In this document: one piece after another, positions 1-12,635 of the stretch | Layout: each line of letters opens with the position of its first letter | How positions within the stretch are numbered: the stretch's first letter is position 1 | NCBI RefSeq assembly: GCF_000150275.1 | Contig: NW_002060945.1 | Coordinates: 1,802,199 to 1,866,198 of the forward strand | Source: Trichoplax adhaerens | Taxonomy: Eukaryota; Animalia; Placozoa | Direction: 5' to 3' | Length of the DNA: 64,000 bases | Position numbers and translations under genes: made by a program | The notes under the pieces: generated by a model | Databases searched by the model: none | What the model was told of the DNA's origin: nothing | What the model saw: the letters and a program-made list of their open reading frames with translations, nothing else

Positions 1-2378
1 AACTAAAATCTCATAACAACTTGCTATAATAGATTAACGGCAATCATGAATGAGTACTGAATAATTGGACAGTGTGTACACCTTTTATCTAAGCTATCTA
101 CAGTTAGTTTAATTGTATAATTATGTAGTAGGCACATTGTCATCAATTACAGCATATTAATGATGTTATAGATGTACAATTTTATCTGTGATTAGAGTTA
201 TCATGAAGGTCTGATTATTTATTTTGGTAGCTCTCAATACCATGAAAGGTATCATTCACGTCTGAAACGGATTGTAAAAGTGGAGTTTTAAAATGTTAAT
301 GTGAGGCAAAAAGCCTATGGAAACTACGCTATTCAATTACGGAAAAACACCTTTTATTCCGAATCGTCACTACTACACCTAATCTACTGGCTATAACAAG
401 GATACGGTCTAGTTTATCATTTCAGATCATTAGATAAATTAGTACAACAATCCTTACAATCTACTCTAGGCAATTCTAATAATTACCAAATAAAGAAGAA
501 TTAATTATTATACTAGGATACTAATGCGATAGTATAACGGTGAATACTTCCAAATTAAAATTAAAAATTCCGAAATTAATTTACCAAATTAATCCATCGT
601 AACAGGAATATTATCATTAACAATATTATGATGCAATGCATGTTCTGAATGGCATGGTACGATTGTATACAGTAATATAGTAAACCAACTAGTCAATCAA
701 TCCCGTTCTTGATTTATTTCCATATTTTATGTATGCAATATTTATTTATTAATATGTTCAATATCGGTTTGATAGTAGCTTGCTGTATCCGTATTGCTTT
801 CCTATTTTGTGAAGCTTAGTTTAATTGAGTAGATATTATTCTGGAAGTGATAAATACCTGGTGATCAATATGCTGTTTACTTTAGCATTATTTGCCGGAA
901 TGGTGCAGCCAATCGGCAATTTGGCGACATTTTATTGAATATTGCACTGCATGATCACTGTAACATCATTCCTATACTCATTCCTCTACTTGGTATATTC
1001 TATACCGTTGTAAACTGATAAATGAGTCGGTTGAAAAGGGAGATGAATTTTTTTTACATTTTGAAACGTTTTAAATCTCATCTGGATATAAATAAGTATG
1101 CTCAAGTCTATCGAAATCAATAAGAAATCGTAAATAATAATTGATTTAGACCACTGTTTAGTTGCGCTGTTGACATGCTTACATGCGGCTGAAGAAATAC
1201 ACTGTGCAGTACATCTGTGTGAAAGGCGATATTTAGATTGTCCTATAGGATTAGCCGGTTAGAGAAACTACAAATGTCATTAAGGACCAGTCTACATATA
1301 TCTTTCATTTTTCAGTCATTGCTGTATAACCGAAGGTAATTGAAACTCTATTGCTCACCCTAAGCAGTAAGCATGGACTGCTAGAAGTTCCATCGTTAGT
1401 TATGTAACACCCACCCGGTCAATACCTTTCATTTAATCGATATTATCAGCTCAAGAAGGCTATCTATGTTTTGTACAGCACAATCTAGATATTGTAGCTC
1501 TTGAAGGTGGCTAGTCTATCAGCAATGGTTAAAATCCCTTCGTTGTCAATGCAGCGTAGGTGATACTGTCGACAGTTGGTACGTCATGCAGAATATGCTA
1601 TGATGGAATGCTAGAGTTGTACTGCCAGAGTATTCTACTTGAATCTCAATGTGGCAAGGATTAATTAGCGTATTTAGTTGCTGTATGGCGTTAAAGAAGC
1701 GGATATTTTCAGGCTAGGGGAAAGGCGCAAAATTAGCTGGTCGTAGTCCCTGCATAATACTAACATGCTAGTATTGTTCCTAACGTGCATATAAGAGGAT
1801 TGCACCATTGGTATGGTAATGATCAAAATTGGCGAGTTCTATTCAACAAGAAGGTCTGAAACGGACAAATTCTCTTTTGGCTATGTAGATTCTGCTCCTG
1901 CTGGAGCATATCAAAAGATAATTGCTAATTGCTGTGCAATTAATGTACTGTATAGTAGACCATACGAGAATAGCAAAAGTTGTTTGAATCCATGGCTTAC
2001 CCCCTCTCGACTGAGATGGTTGATTGTACAGTACATTGTACAGTGACTGTACACTATACTGTACAGTATTACACAATGTACTGTAGGATATTGGTGTCCT
2101 CTTTATCCATACTGGATGACAGTCGTGAATAGTGTACCATGTCAGACATAAGTCATAGTTGAAATGACCAGTGGAGAATGTAAGGATTGCTGTATAAATT
2201 TCCAAAACATTTTCAGTCAATCTTGAGATTGCTAAACTTTCTTTCTCATCATTTTTTTTCAGTAGACTACTGTAATAACATATGACCACTAATGTTAGGA
2301 ATAGTATCTTGCTAATAGTAGATAATATAATCCTCCCTGATTTATTGAATCATTACTGTTGTCCATGATTTTAGGCCA

Positions 2379-2578
2379 CTCTGTATGATACAGTACTCAT
2401 GACCTTATACAGTAAGCTATAACTTCATCTTATAATAGAGAGTATATAGGATAACTGTGATGGTTTGCAACGTCATGGGTACTAAAGTGTGTTACTTTAG
2501 TCGATGATGGAAGAGTATTCTCTGTATGATACAGTACCCACCACCATATACAGTAGGCTGTAATTTATGTTTATAATG
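2379..2578. repeat. Diverged direct duplication of about 58 bp (copies about 141 bp apart)
   Basis: ctctgtatgatacagtactcatgaccttatacagtaagctataac at ~2379 versus ctctgtatgatacagtacccaccaccatatacagtaggctgtaat at ~2520. Confidence 0.7.
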
Positions 2579-2820
2579 TTGGAGACTAAGAGCGGAGCAT
2601 TATTTAATGGTTTAAAGGACTATTTAAGACAACGATATCCACCATTAGAAACAGTAGTGGCACTGAATAGCTCGAGTAGACTTTTGAATGGTAGGAAAAT
2701 GGATTAAAAACAGGGGAAGAAAATCCCAAATCGAAAAGGTTCTCATGGACAGCAGGATATCTGGACGCGATCCTAATTTGCCGATTTCAGTGGGTGAAAG
2801 TGATAATACGCTTGCGTATA

Positions 2821-2841
2821 ATATCCATAGCAACGTCAACA
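2821..2841 (+). promoter_or_regulatory. RFX X-box-like element with adjacent forkhead-type site upstream of ARMC4
   Basis: ATATCCATAGCAAC (2821-2834) fits the 14-bp X-box pattern with a perfect AGCAAC half-site. It is followed directly by GTCAACA (2835-2841), which fits the forkhead core RYMAAYA. Confidence 0.6.
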
Positions 2842-3589
2842 AAAGCCAGAGATCTTAAGATTGAAGAAGACAACAGTGAGTAGAAACAGAACTCTTTGCT
2901 TTACTGTACTCTATCGGCAACATAGTTTATAATAGTGTCAATACGATCAAATACATAGAAACCCACCTCAATTTCGAAATACGTACAAGAGAAATTCAGT
3001 GGACGCATAATTTTTACATTATCCTTTTGCGGTAAGTTAAGATCAAATTATGATTTAAATACTTTCACAGTTTACAAAGAAGAAGTTGGAATTTATAACA
3101 CAAGCCTACTTCATCGTTAAACTACATTAACATGGAATAATACATTCATCCATCAAAGTTGATTGAATTCCACCATCATTAAAAAATAGTTTAAGACTTG
3201 CTAAATGTAGTTTATACGGGTGCCTACTTATGTCATAGCCAATGAGTTCGATCCTGAAATCCAATTGATTTTTATAAATGCGTGATGGAGTGCTAATAAA
3301 CTAGAAATAAAGGTCATAATGGTGTTCTGTCTTAGTTTACAGCATGTAATAAAGATAGATTCAAAATGTCGTCGTGTGATCTATAGATTGAATTATAATT
3401 CAGTAGCATGATTCATTGACGTAATTTTCCTTAGGCAGTTTATGTAGAGTATAGGGAAGAGCTAAAATTGTGATTTATTTGCCGTAGTCATGTTATCCGA
3501 AACATAATTTCTAACTTTGAGCCTATAAGTAATTGAGATTTTTATCTATTGAAAATAGATTCAGAAATTTAAACCATCTTATATCTATA

Positions 3590-6500
3590 ATGGGAGCTAC
3601 ACTCTCAAGTCGTGCTCAGTGGACATCAGCCAGCGAAGGAGCAGTTGGAAAACTTGAAATTAATCCTCAAAATGAGCAACTTCTGACTGAAATTGCAGAA
3701 TTTACTGAAGTATTTCCTTCTAAATATCCGGCTGAAGCGGAGAAAATATTTAACAAGCCATTTACTTGGAATTCCAGCTTAGATCCTATCAGTTTTACCT
3801 CTCTGGATGAAATTGAAGCCAGGTTTGTTTGTAATAACGTATCGAGTAATAGTTACAGAATTGATATGATTATCAACTTATCATTACAATATTGGATATC
3901 CTTTCCATTAACTATGTATCGGTTAGTGATATGGAAGCAAAGTCGAAGGCTTGTAACGCAGCTGATGAACCACTTCTTACAGTCATTAAGGTAAGTTTCA
4001 ACAATTTTGAATGTCATTAACTTGAAGCCATTGACGACACAGGAAATAGAGTATAGCAATATCTCATTGACTTTAGGATAATGATAAATGCCTCATTACT
4101 GCCGCAACTTTCGAACAATTAAGCAATGTGCTTAAATGTGCTGGAAATCGAAAACTTTCCGAAGTACAAGCATGCTTAGAAGGTATACATTAATTTATTC
4201 TCGCTTTCAAATATTGTAATGATTTTTCGATATTTACCCTATTGATCGTTTCTTAGCTAATCGCGATCCTATTAGCAATATGATGGGGCCAGCATTTGCA
4301 AGGATTGGCATTGATGATACATCTCTGGTTAAGGCTCATCAGTTGCTGGTCAGAGCCCAAAAGGAGGGAAATGAGAATGTCGAAGAAATTAATACTGCAT
4401 TTAATCTCTTACTGGTGGTGAACTCTTTCGATATGAAATTAATGCAGCTGTCTTTTGATATTGTGGCAAAGTATAGATCCTTGTTTTACATATTACAATG
4501 TTATTTATAATCTAAACTGTAATGCTTAACAAACTTATTTTACTTCATTGTCGATAGGGAGATTCGATTGAGTCCCGAAGCTGTAGAGGTAAGATATATC
4601 GTGTGTAAGATTTTATCCTCTGACTAGGTCAACTACTTATCAAGACCTCAATTAATACTTTTACTTACTGTGTCAATGTTATAGAGAGACGTAAATCTCC
4701 TGAGATCATTCTCTGGTGCAGATAAAAGTTGTTTACTAAGATCTATTGAGTTTATGTCAGGTAATATAGGCTATAGAATATACTTGTACATAGGATCCAT
4801 TGCTTACATCATTCACTATTATCAGATTACGTATTTGCTAATGGATGCCGTGCACCACCATGGAGGCAAGTTCATGGTGATATCGCTTATATCATCATCA
4901 AACCTTTCGATATCGATGAACAATTAGTGTTAACAGCCAATACCTCAGGCTACTATCGTAATAAGGTTAGTATTGATTGATAAGGTTTTAAAATCAAAAT
5001 TAATTCTATCTTGGTGATAACTGAGACAAACATCAAGACATAACAAAATCACATACTGAAGATTGCAATTCATGTGATATAGGGAGTTTCTAACGAAGGT
5101 GAAATTGATTATACTCGCATTGGCGAAGTTTTCCCGACTTTAGTCATGTTCATGAAAGAGCAAAGTGCCCATTTTGTCTCGACAATGGGTCGACAGGTCT
5201 GTTTATCCAAATAGAGTACCTGGATAACCAAGACTTTTAACTTTATCGATCATTTCGACTTTTGTGCGACATCTGTATCTGTTATTCTAACAAAGTCATT
5301 CTATCTGTATGTGTAGGAATTTGCTTTCTTTAATAAAACTGGCAAAGATGAAGACAAAAATATTTCCAAAAATATCAACTTTGACGAAGATGAAGGAGAA
5401 TCAACTCCTGCAGCTATGACTAGAGACGATACGGGTCATTTAAGGTAAATATCAAGTTAAGTAATGCCATTCCATTGTAAATATTGCAGTCCTGAATTTT
5501 TTTATTACGTTGCTAGCGGGCATACATCGCCATCAAAAAGTGTTAGCGTAATGGATCGGAGAAAGCCCACCAATACTAAGAAGAAGCCTAGGCAATCTCC
5601 TCACTTGCAGCCATCTCAAAAATGGCGAAATCTTGGCTTTGGCGAGGATAAAATAGATATTCATGGGTAAAGTCCAACTTCTGTAGATACGTACAATAAT
5701 CTATATTATATTCAGATATCCAATGGCTTAATAATATTATTATACTAGCCTGAAGGACAATAAAAATCAAGGAGGAAGAAGTAAGAAATCAGGGAAATCG
5801 ACAATCGCAAGTTCAAAGTAGGAATTGAACAATTTCGTTTTAAAATCATTTTTTATAGTATCATTCCATTCACTTCTATGATATAATTTTGACTTTACTG
5901 TATACTCGTACATTATATTAGTATCAAGAAGACATTATCCATTCTTAAACCGGATGAAGACTTTAGTGAAAGCTCATCAGAAAGTGAAGAAGAGGAAGAT
6001 AATGCCGATCGAAGACAAGTAATATTTGCGTGTCTTATATTGCTAGCAGTCCTGATCTTTCTCGTAGCAAAGGTGATACAAGCTAATAGATTTTATTTAT
6101 AAATTAGGAAACGAATGCTGATTTACCTTCGGAATATTGGCAAATTCAGAAGCTTGTCAAATACTTAAAGGTATGTAAGACGTAAGATAGCTACGATGGT
6201 GTTCATGTCTTCTGAGGGCACTGTAATACAATCTGTTTATAAATGTAAACTTATTTGTGCTAGGTCGGTAATTCCACCGCAACAGTTTTAGCTTTATGTT
6301 GCATTCGCGATTTTAATTTGGCTCAAGAAGCTTGTCAACTTGCTATTCGAAAAGTTGGTGGTCTTGAAGTACTGATTAATTTATTGGATACGGACGAAAT
6401 CAAATGCAAGGTGAGAAAATATTACAAATCAGTAACATTATTTACAAAATATTTAAGCGAGACTTTTGTTCGTGTTCCTTTGATAGATTGGATCTCTGAA

Positions 6501-9500
6501 AATATTAAAGGATATATCAAGGAATACTCAGTTACGTCGGGCAATTGTCGATCTTGGAGGTAAGCTTATAAAATTTAGATTCAGTTGCTAATATGATTAT
6601 CTTCAAAATGCATAGTAATAATTTTGACTACGTTTAAGTTACTTACATTGCATGTATTAAAATAAAATTTTTTGCTATAGGTTTACAAACTCTAGTTAAA
6701 ATTCTGGATGATGACAATAAAGATTTGAAATGTTTAGCGGCAGAAACGATTGCTAATGTAGCTAAATTTCGTCGAGCTCGACGTACTGTCAGACTTTATG
6801 GAGGGATAATCAAATTGGTAAGCTTTCCATTGTGATCGCAATTTATACAGAAATTCACTTTATTTCTAGCCATGAAGTATGTGTCAATTTGAATTAAAAG
6901 AATTGAATTAATTTTTCACTGATTGATTTTATTCAGGGTTATTTACTTGATTATTGCCTTCCTTCCAAGAATTTTAATAACAATCTACAAGCAGACTCAG
7001 AGAAAGACGTCAACGTAGCACGTTGCGGTGCTTTAGCTTTATGGAGTTGTAGCAAAAGCACCAAGAATAAACAAGTACGGCTAATAAAGCACACTTAATC
7101 AACATTACTGCACTATTAACCTTTTTGTCTTTGCATAAATAGGCAATTAGGAAAGCAGGAGGCATTCCATACTTGGCTAAATTGCTTAAATCGAAAAACG
7201 AAGAGATCCTCATCCCGGTTGTGGGAACATTACAAGAGTGCGCTTCTGAGGTAACATTTCGTTGATGTTGAACTAGTTCTAATATTAATTTATTATATGC
7301 TGTTATGGCTAAATTTCCACAAATAAATAAATTATTTTTATTGTAATTTATAAAATAGAGAAGCTATCGATTAGCAATCCGTACTGAGGGAATGATTGAA
7401 GACTTGGTTAATAACCTCAATAGTGAAAACCAAGAATTGCAGATGCACTGCGCTAGTGCTATTTTCAAAGTAAGTTGATATTTTATAAGTTCAAGCTATA
7501 CATGAGGAGCTATAGTAAGGGAATTATGCTTGGCATTTTAGTGTGCAGAAGAGGAAGAAACAAGAAATCTTGTTAGGCAATATGGTGGCTTAGATCCTTT
7601 AGTTCGATTATTGCAACATCGTGACAATAAAGAGTTACTAGCTGCCGCTACTGGTGCAATATGGAAATGCTCCAAGAGTCCGGAAAACGTCCTACGGTAC
7701 ATTTACTATCTTGCTTTTTAAGCTATACTAGCTATTTACGTATTGTATACTTTCCACAGTATTTACTAAAGTTTTCCGAATTATTTTTTAGCTTTCAGGA
7801 ACTAGAAGCGATTGAAAAATTGGTGGGTCTGTTAACCGATCAGCCAGAAGAGGTAGAGTATTGAGTTTAGTGCAATGAAGTACATATTCTAACAATTTTT
7901 AATTGTTATATTTTACTAATTCTGTTTAACTAAGTAATATACTCTCTTTATCGTCTTGAATAGGTACTAATTAATGTTGTTGGAGCGTTAGGTGAATGCG
8001 CAGCGGAGCATTCCAACCAGGTTGCTATTCGTAAAGCTGGCGGAATCCCTCTGTTAGTTAACTTATTAACCGGAACCAACCAAGCTCTGCTGGTCAATGT
8101 AACTAAAGCTGTTGGAGCTTGTGCAATTGATCCTGAATGCATGTAGTAAGTGCATTAAACATAATTTTGGATATTATTACCAAATCTGATTTATGTAATT
8201 CGTCTTTATTAGCAAATTTGAAAGTTTCTGCAAATGTACACCTGTATAACTTATGACTTTGCTCTCTTCCTTTATAGTATTATTGATCGGCTAGATGGTG
8301 TACGATTGTTGTGGTCCTTGCTTAAATCTTCCAATCCAAATGTAAGTTTTAACAATGGGTTTAAAATGCTAATCTGACTTTTTGCATGATTGTCTGATAA
8401 TTAATTTGCGTGTTGTCATTAGGTTCAGGCTAGCTCAGCTTGGGCAATTTGTCCATGCATTGAGAATGCTAAGGTACAGTTCGATACTTGCTTGAGTTAA
8501 AATTCATAGTAATGGTGATATACTTAGACTGAAGATATTTGTTAGTATAGTTTGTCAATTTCCAGTAGACACTGTAGAGATTACATTTTATAACTAACAT
8601 GCACTTTCACATCATATAGGATGCCGGTGAAATGGTAAGATCTTTCGTTGGAGGCTTGGAATTGATTGTCAGTTTGCTGAAATCGGAAGATAAAGAAGTA
8701 AGTTTATTATTGCCAACTATATCAGCATTTGAAACATTTTTCATGACGATAATTAATATATGTAGATCAATATTGCTTGCAGAAGACAAATTGTATTTAC
8801 AGTTTTCTGTACTTTGATTTACAGGTACTTGCAAGCGTTTGTGCTGCGATTGCAAATATAGCTAAGGATGAGGAGAATCTCGCTGTTATTACAGATCATG
8901 GTGTTGTCCCTATGTTAGCTAAATTGGCTACAACAGTAAGTTGTGCTAATCATTATAATTTGTAGTGAAAATTTTGCAACGCTTACTCACTAAAACTTGA
9001 TCGGATTTATTACAAATAGACTGATGATCATCTTCGTCGTCATTTAGCAGAGGCAATTGCGAGGTTAGTATTTTGTAGCAGCGAAATCTTTAGTAATTAT
9101 TGACTTTCACGAATTTAGAACGTAAAAGTGATATTCATAGCTCTTACTTTGTTCTTAATCATTACCTCCACTCATTCCTGTAGATGCTGTATGTGGGGCA
9201 ACAATCGTGTTGCATTTGGTGCAGCTGGTGCAGTAGCACCTTTAGTCCATTATTTAAAATCGCCGTCTGCAAGTGTCCATCGCTCAACGGCTAAAGCATT
9301 GTTTCAACTCTCTAAAGATCCTAATAATTGCATTACTATGCATGAAAATGGAGTAGTTAAGGTTAACTATCCTAAAATGATTACCACGCCTTTTAAGGTG
9401 TGCCTTGAAATTAAATTAATTTTGCGACATCTTTTATTCTTGTACTTAGCTGCTAATTGATTTGGTGGGCTCGACAGATAGTACTTTACAGGAAGCATCT

Positions 9501-9563
9501 GCTGGTTGCATAAGTAATATACGTCGTCTTGCTTTAGCAAACGAGAAAGCTCGCAATCGATAA
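3590..9563 (+). CDS. ARMC4: Armadillo-repeat protein 4 / outer dynein arm docking complex subunit 2 (multi-exon)
   Basis: ATG at 3590 ([13 protein letters not shown]). GT-AG spliced exons give [70 protein letters not shown] and further ARM repeats, matching ARMC4/ODAD2 motifs. The reading ends [16 protein letters not shown] at 9561-9563. A probable non-coding first exon ends at a GTAAGT donor near 3031. Confidence 0.95.
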
Positions 9564-12500
9564 AGCCAGAAAGTGGATGTATTAAAGCAAATCAGACTAT
9601 AGCGATGTTTATTGATAGCAAATTCAAGTATCAAGTTGGATATGCCGCTATTATTTTAATCGATATCCCTGTACAAGTAGAGTAGAAATATTTTATAATT
9701 CTACTTATGAAATAGAACATTAACGTGGACACTGCAAAATACATTACGGTGTTGTTGTAATTATGGCGATGATAATGTCATGAAATGGACGTTAATCTAT
9801 GCTCGTTGATTTTAGTTTTTTATCATTATTAAATCCATCACTTCATTTAGTTACTATCGTAGACTATACCCTACTGCATTTTATCGTATACCTATGGGAA
9901 TAAGACTAGTTGATGACTGTTTAATAGTTAAGAGCAGGTCTTCTGGTTGTATATTCTGATTCTATAATATTCTATGGTTTACCACTTCTGCTAGATCTGT
10001 ACATTATATCTGTAGCAGTATTAAATAATTTCCTGTTCAGTTTGCCGTTGTTTTGGTATCATTAGGTATCATTTTCTTTATTGCAGAATTGGTAAAGGAT
10101 TTAGAAACGGATTTACCTATTCATCTAGTATTAATCTACTACCTGCGAAAGATAATATTCTATTGCATGTACTGATTGAATATTCTAGACATATATCATG
10201 ATAGGATACGTATTAGAGAGCATCTATCTGATAAATAGGATATTATTCCTAGTAAATCTCAATGTTTATAGACAGTACTTAAGAGACTGCATGCGGAAAT
10301 TAAGGTAAGCTGCATGTAGCAATCTCATTGATTATTATATAATTAATCATTTTATAGCGGAACGAATACTGGTTTTCGTGTAAAGCCTAAATCACAAGTT
10401 ATAATTAATAGCATCTGTAATTTTCTTACGTATATTATCCTTATCAAGCTAAATGTCAAACTGTATGTCTTAACAATAAGTGTCATGTCTTATATTCTGT
10501 TTAAAACATTGTAATTAAATCTACTAAAAATTTTAAATGCCTTTATAAATAAAATTGCACAAGTAAAATTTTGTGAAGGCGTATGTATATATATATGCGT
10601 ATGATTATCTTTGCCTACGCGTAGATTCATAAGATACGATTGACTGAATCCTTCAACGGTTAAGGTTATCCAAAGTAATAATATTAGCAGCAATATGAAA
10701 AGAGAAATTAAGAAGTTAAATAGAAGCAATTATGGTACTTTGATATAGCAGGAGGTTGTGCAATAACAGAGAAGCTAGAGATTGTAGCAAGAATTGCTGA
10801 TGAGACAGCTTATACCAAGTATCGCTCGCAATTTCAAACTCTGAATGGGGGTATACGAAAGCCTACTGAAGTTGTCTATATAACCATTAACGGGTAAGAT
10901 AAATATACTGATTGATAGAACAACGGTTGATGACCGGACCATCGACGATGGATAACGAAACTGTCTACAGTACATACCGATTAAAGGGTATAAGATTGTG
11001 TACTAATTGATGGAGCTAGGGTTCACGACAGGACATTCTACGATGGATAACTTATCGAAGATATAACGGCAGTCTAATGATAGTTTGCATCAGCTGAGAT
11101 CGAATGATGATCTGATTTCAGCTGAAAAGTAATGGAGCAAACAAGGTTCGTTGCAGTCCCATAGCTGAGAAAAATTATGAGACTAACTAAGTTTACTACA
11201 GTATATGGAGAAGAGATATTACGAAATTAACAAAGACCTTATTTACTTGCTATGTCGAGAATATCTTCTTATACAGAACAATAAGATTTATTAATTTTTT
11301 ATTGAAGTGCAATATCCATCTGTCTTACTTGTTTTTTTTGTAAACTTTGCTACCCTGTTTTTGCGAGTAGCTTTGCGGAAAGTAAAATTATTTATTGTAA
11401 CTCATAAAATGAATTCGGTAAAGTTGAAAATTTTTATGCAATAACATCAAGAAATTTTATTTATTGTTGATCATAACTATTATTTACATACTACTAGTAT
11501 AAGATAATAATTAATTTGTAAGAAATAGAAGTTTATACATGGCTTTTACAATTCAATAACTTTATCAAGAGCAAGACAAATCCATAGCAAATAGTTAAGC
11601 AAAGTCGACATGAAACAAATATTCGTATTCTACCTGCTTTATACATTAACAAAATAAAGACGCAGATATTATAAGATGGAATGAGATATTTCGTGCTATA
11701 AGCACTTAATTTTACTGAAATAATCATCTTTTTCATCTTATTAATTTTAAAATACAATCTCCATCGCCGCAGACCAAATCTTTATATGGCAATTAACGCT
11801 ATAAAGACCGATACAGAATAAGGTCATTTTGCAAAATAATAAATGCAATGATTAGATTAATTTATAGAAGCATCAAAGAATTAAACAGGAGGATGATTAA
11901 GTTTACAGACTGCTATCAGAGCCTATTATGATAATAATAAATTTAGTGACTTGATACTGCAATAGAATAAAGAAATACACGCGTAAGACTAGCAGATCTC
12001 GAAGGCTAAGGATCATAATTTGATACATAGTAATAATTCCTCCCAAATTAGGCCTAGGAAAAAGTCAGTGAATAAAAAAGCTCTGCCATCCATTGGAAGT
12101 ATTAAGAATGACATCAGAGCAGTCTAATAGTAATAACCTTACTCTTGATCTGACAATTAATTTTCACTTTAGAGGCCAATAAAAGCAAAAATTATCATCT
12201 ATTTAATTATGGATAGAAATGGCAAATAGGTTTACACTAATGTTTAAAAATTGTCCGAGGAGATCTGGTCGTCACCCATCAGGTGTCGTTTAAATTACAG
12301 TTTTTTATTGACCGTTATGGGAAAGTGATTGCAAAGTCGATAAATTGATAGAAGTATGCTTTAATAATGTTTTAAATGGAATGAGTTTCTTATTTGTTTT
12401 CTAAATCCAAATTCAAACAAAGCTCCTTTCTTTGTCCGGTACTAGATAGATAGCCGCTATAAATCAAGATGATTTTCTTAAGGGTAGAATTCTCGAATCG

Positions 12501-12635
12501 TAGAAGGCATAAATAACTATAGAATTAAATATGAGAATAAGAAGTAAGATAAATCATTTTCTAATGGGTTCCGGAAAGGTATAAAATATACACAGCAGCA
12601 ATTTTAATAAGAATATTTACCTTTAAGGCAAGAGA

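Noticed and set aside
800-1500. Several minus-strand splice-donor-like sites (~857, ~1180, ~1425) suggesting exons of a gene divergent from ARMC4
   Set aside because: No coherent reading frame or recognisable protein could be assembled.
1813-2289. Overlapping ORFs 1813-2046 (+) and 1843-2289 (-)
   Set aside because: No recognisable domain. They run through TACAG-rich low-complexity DNA and are likely chance ORFs.
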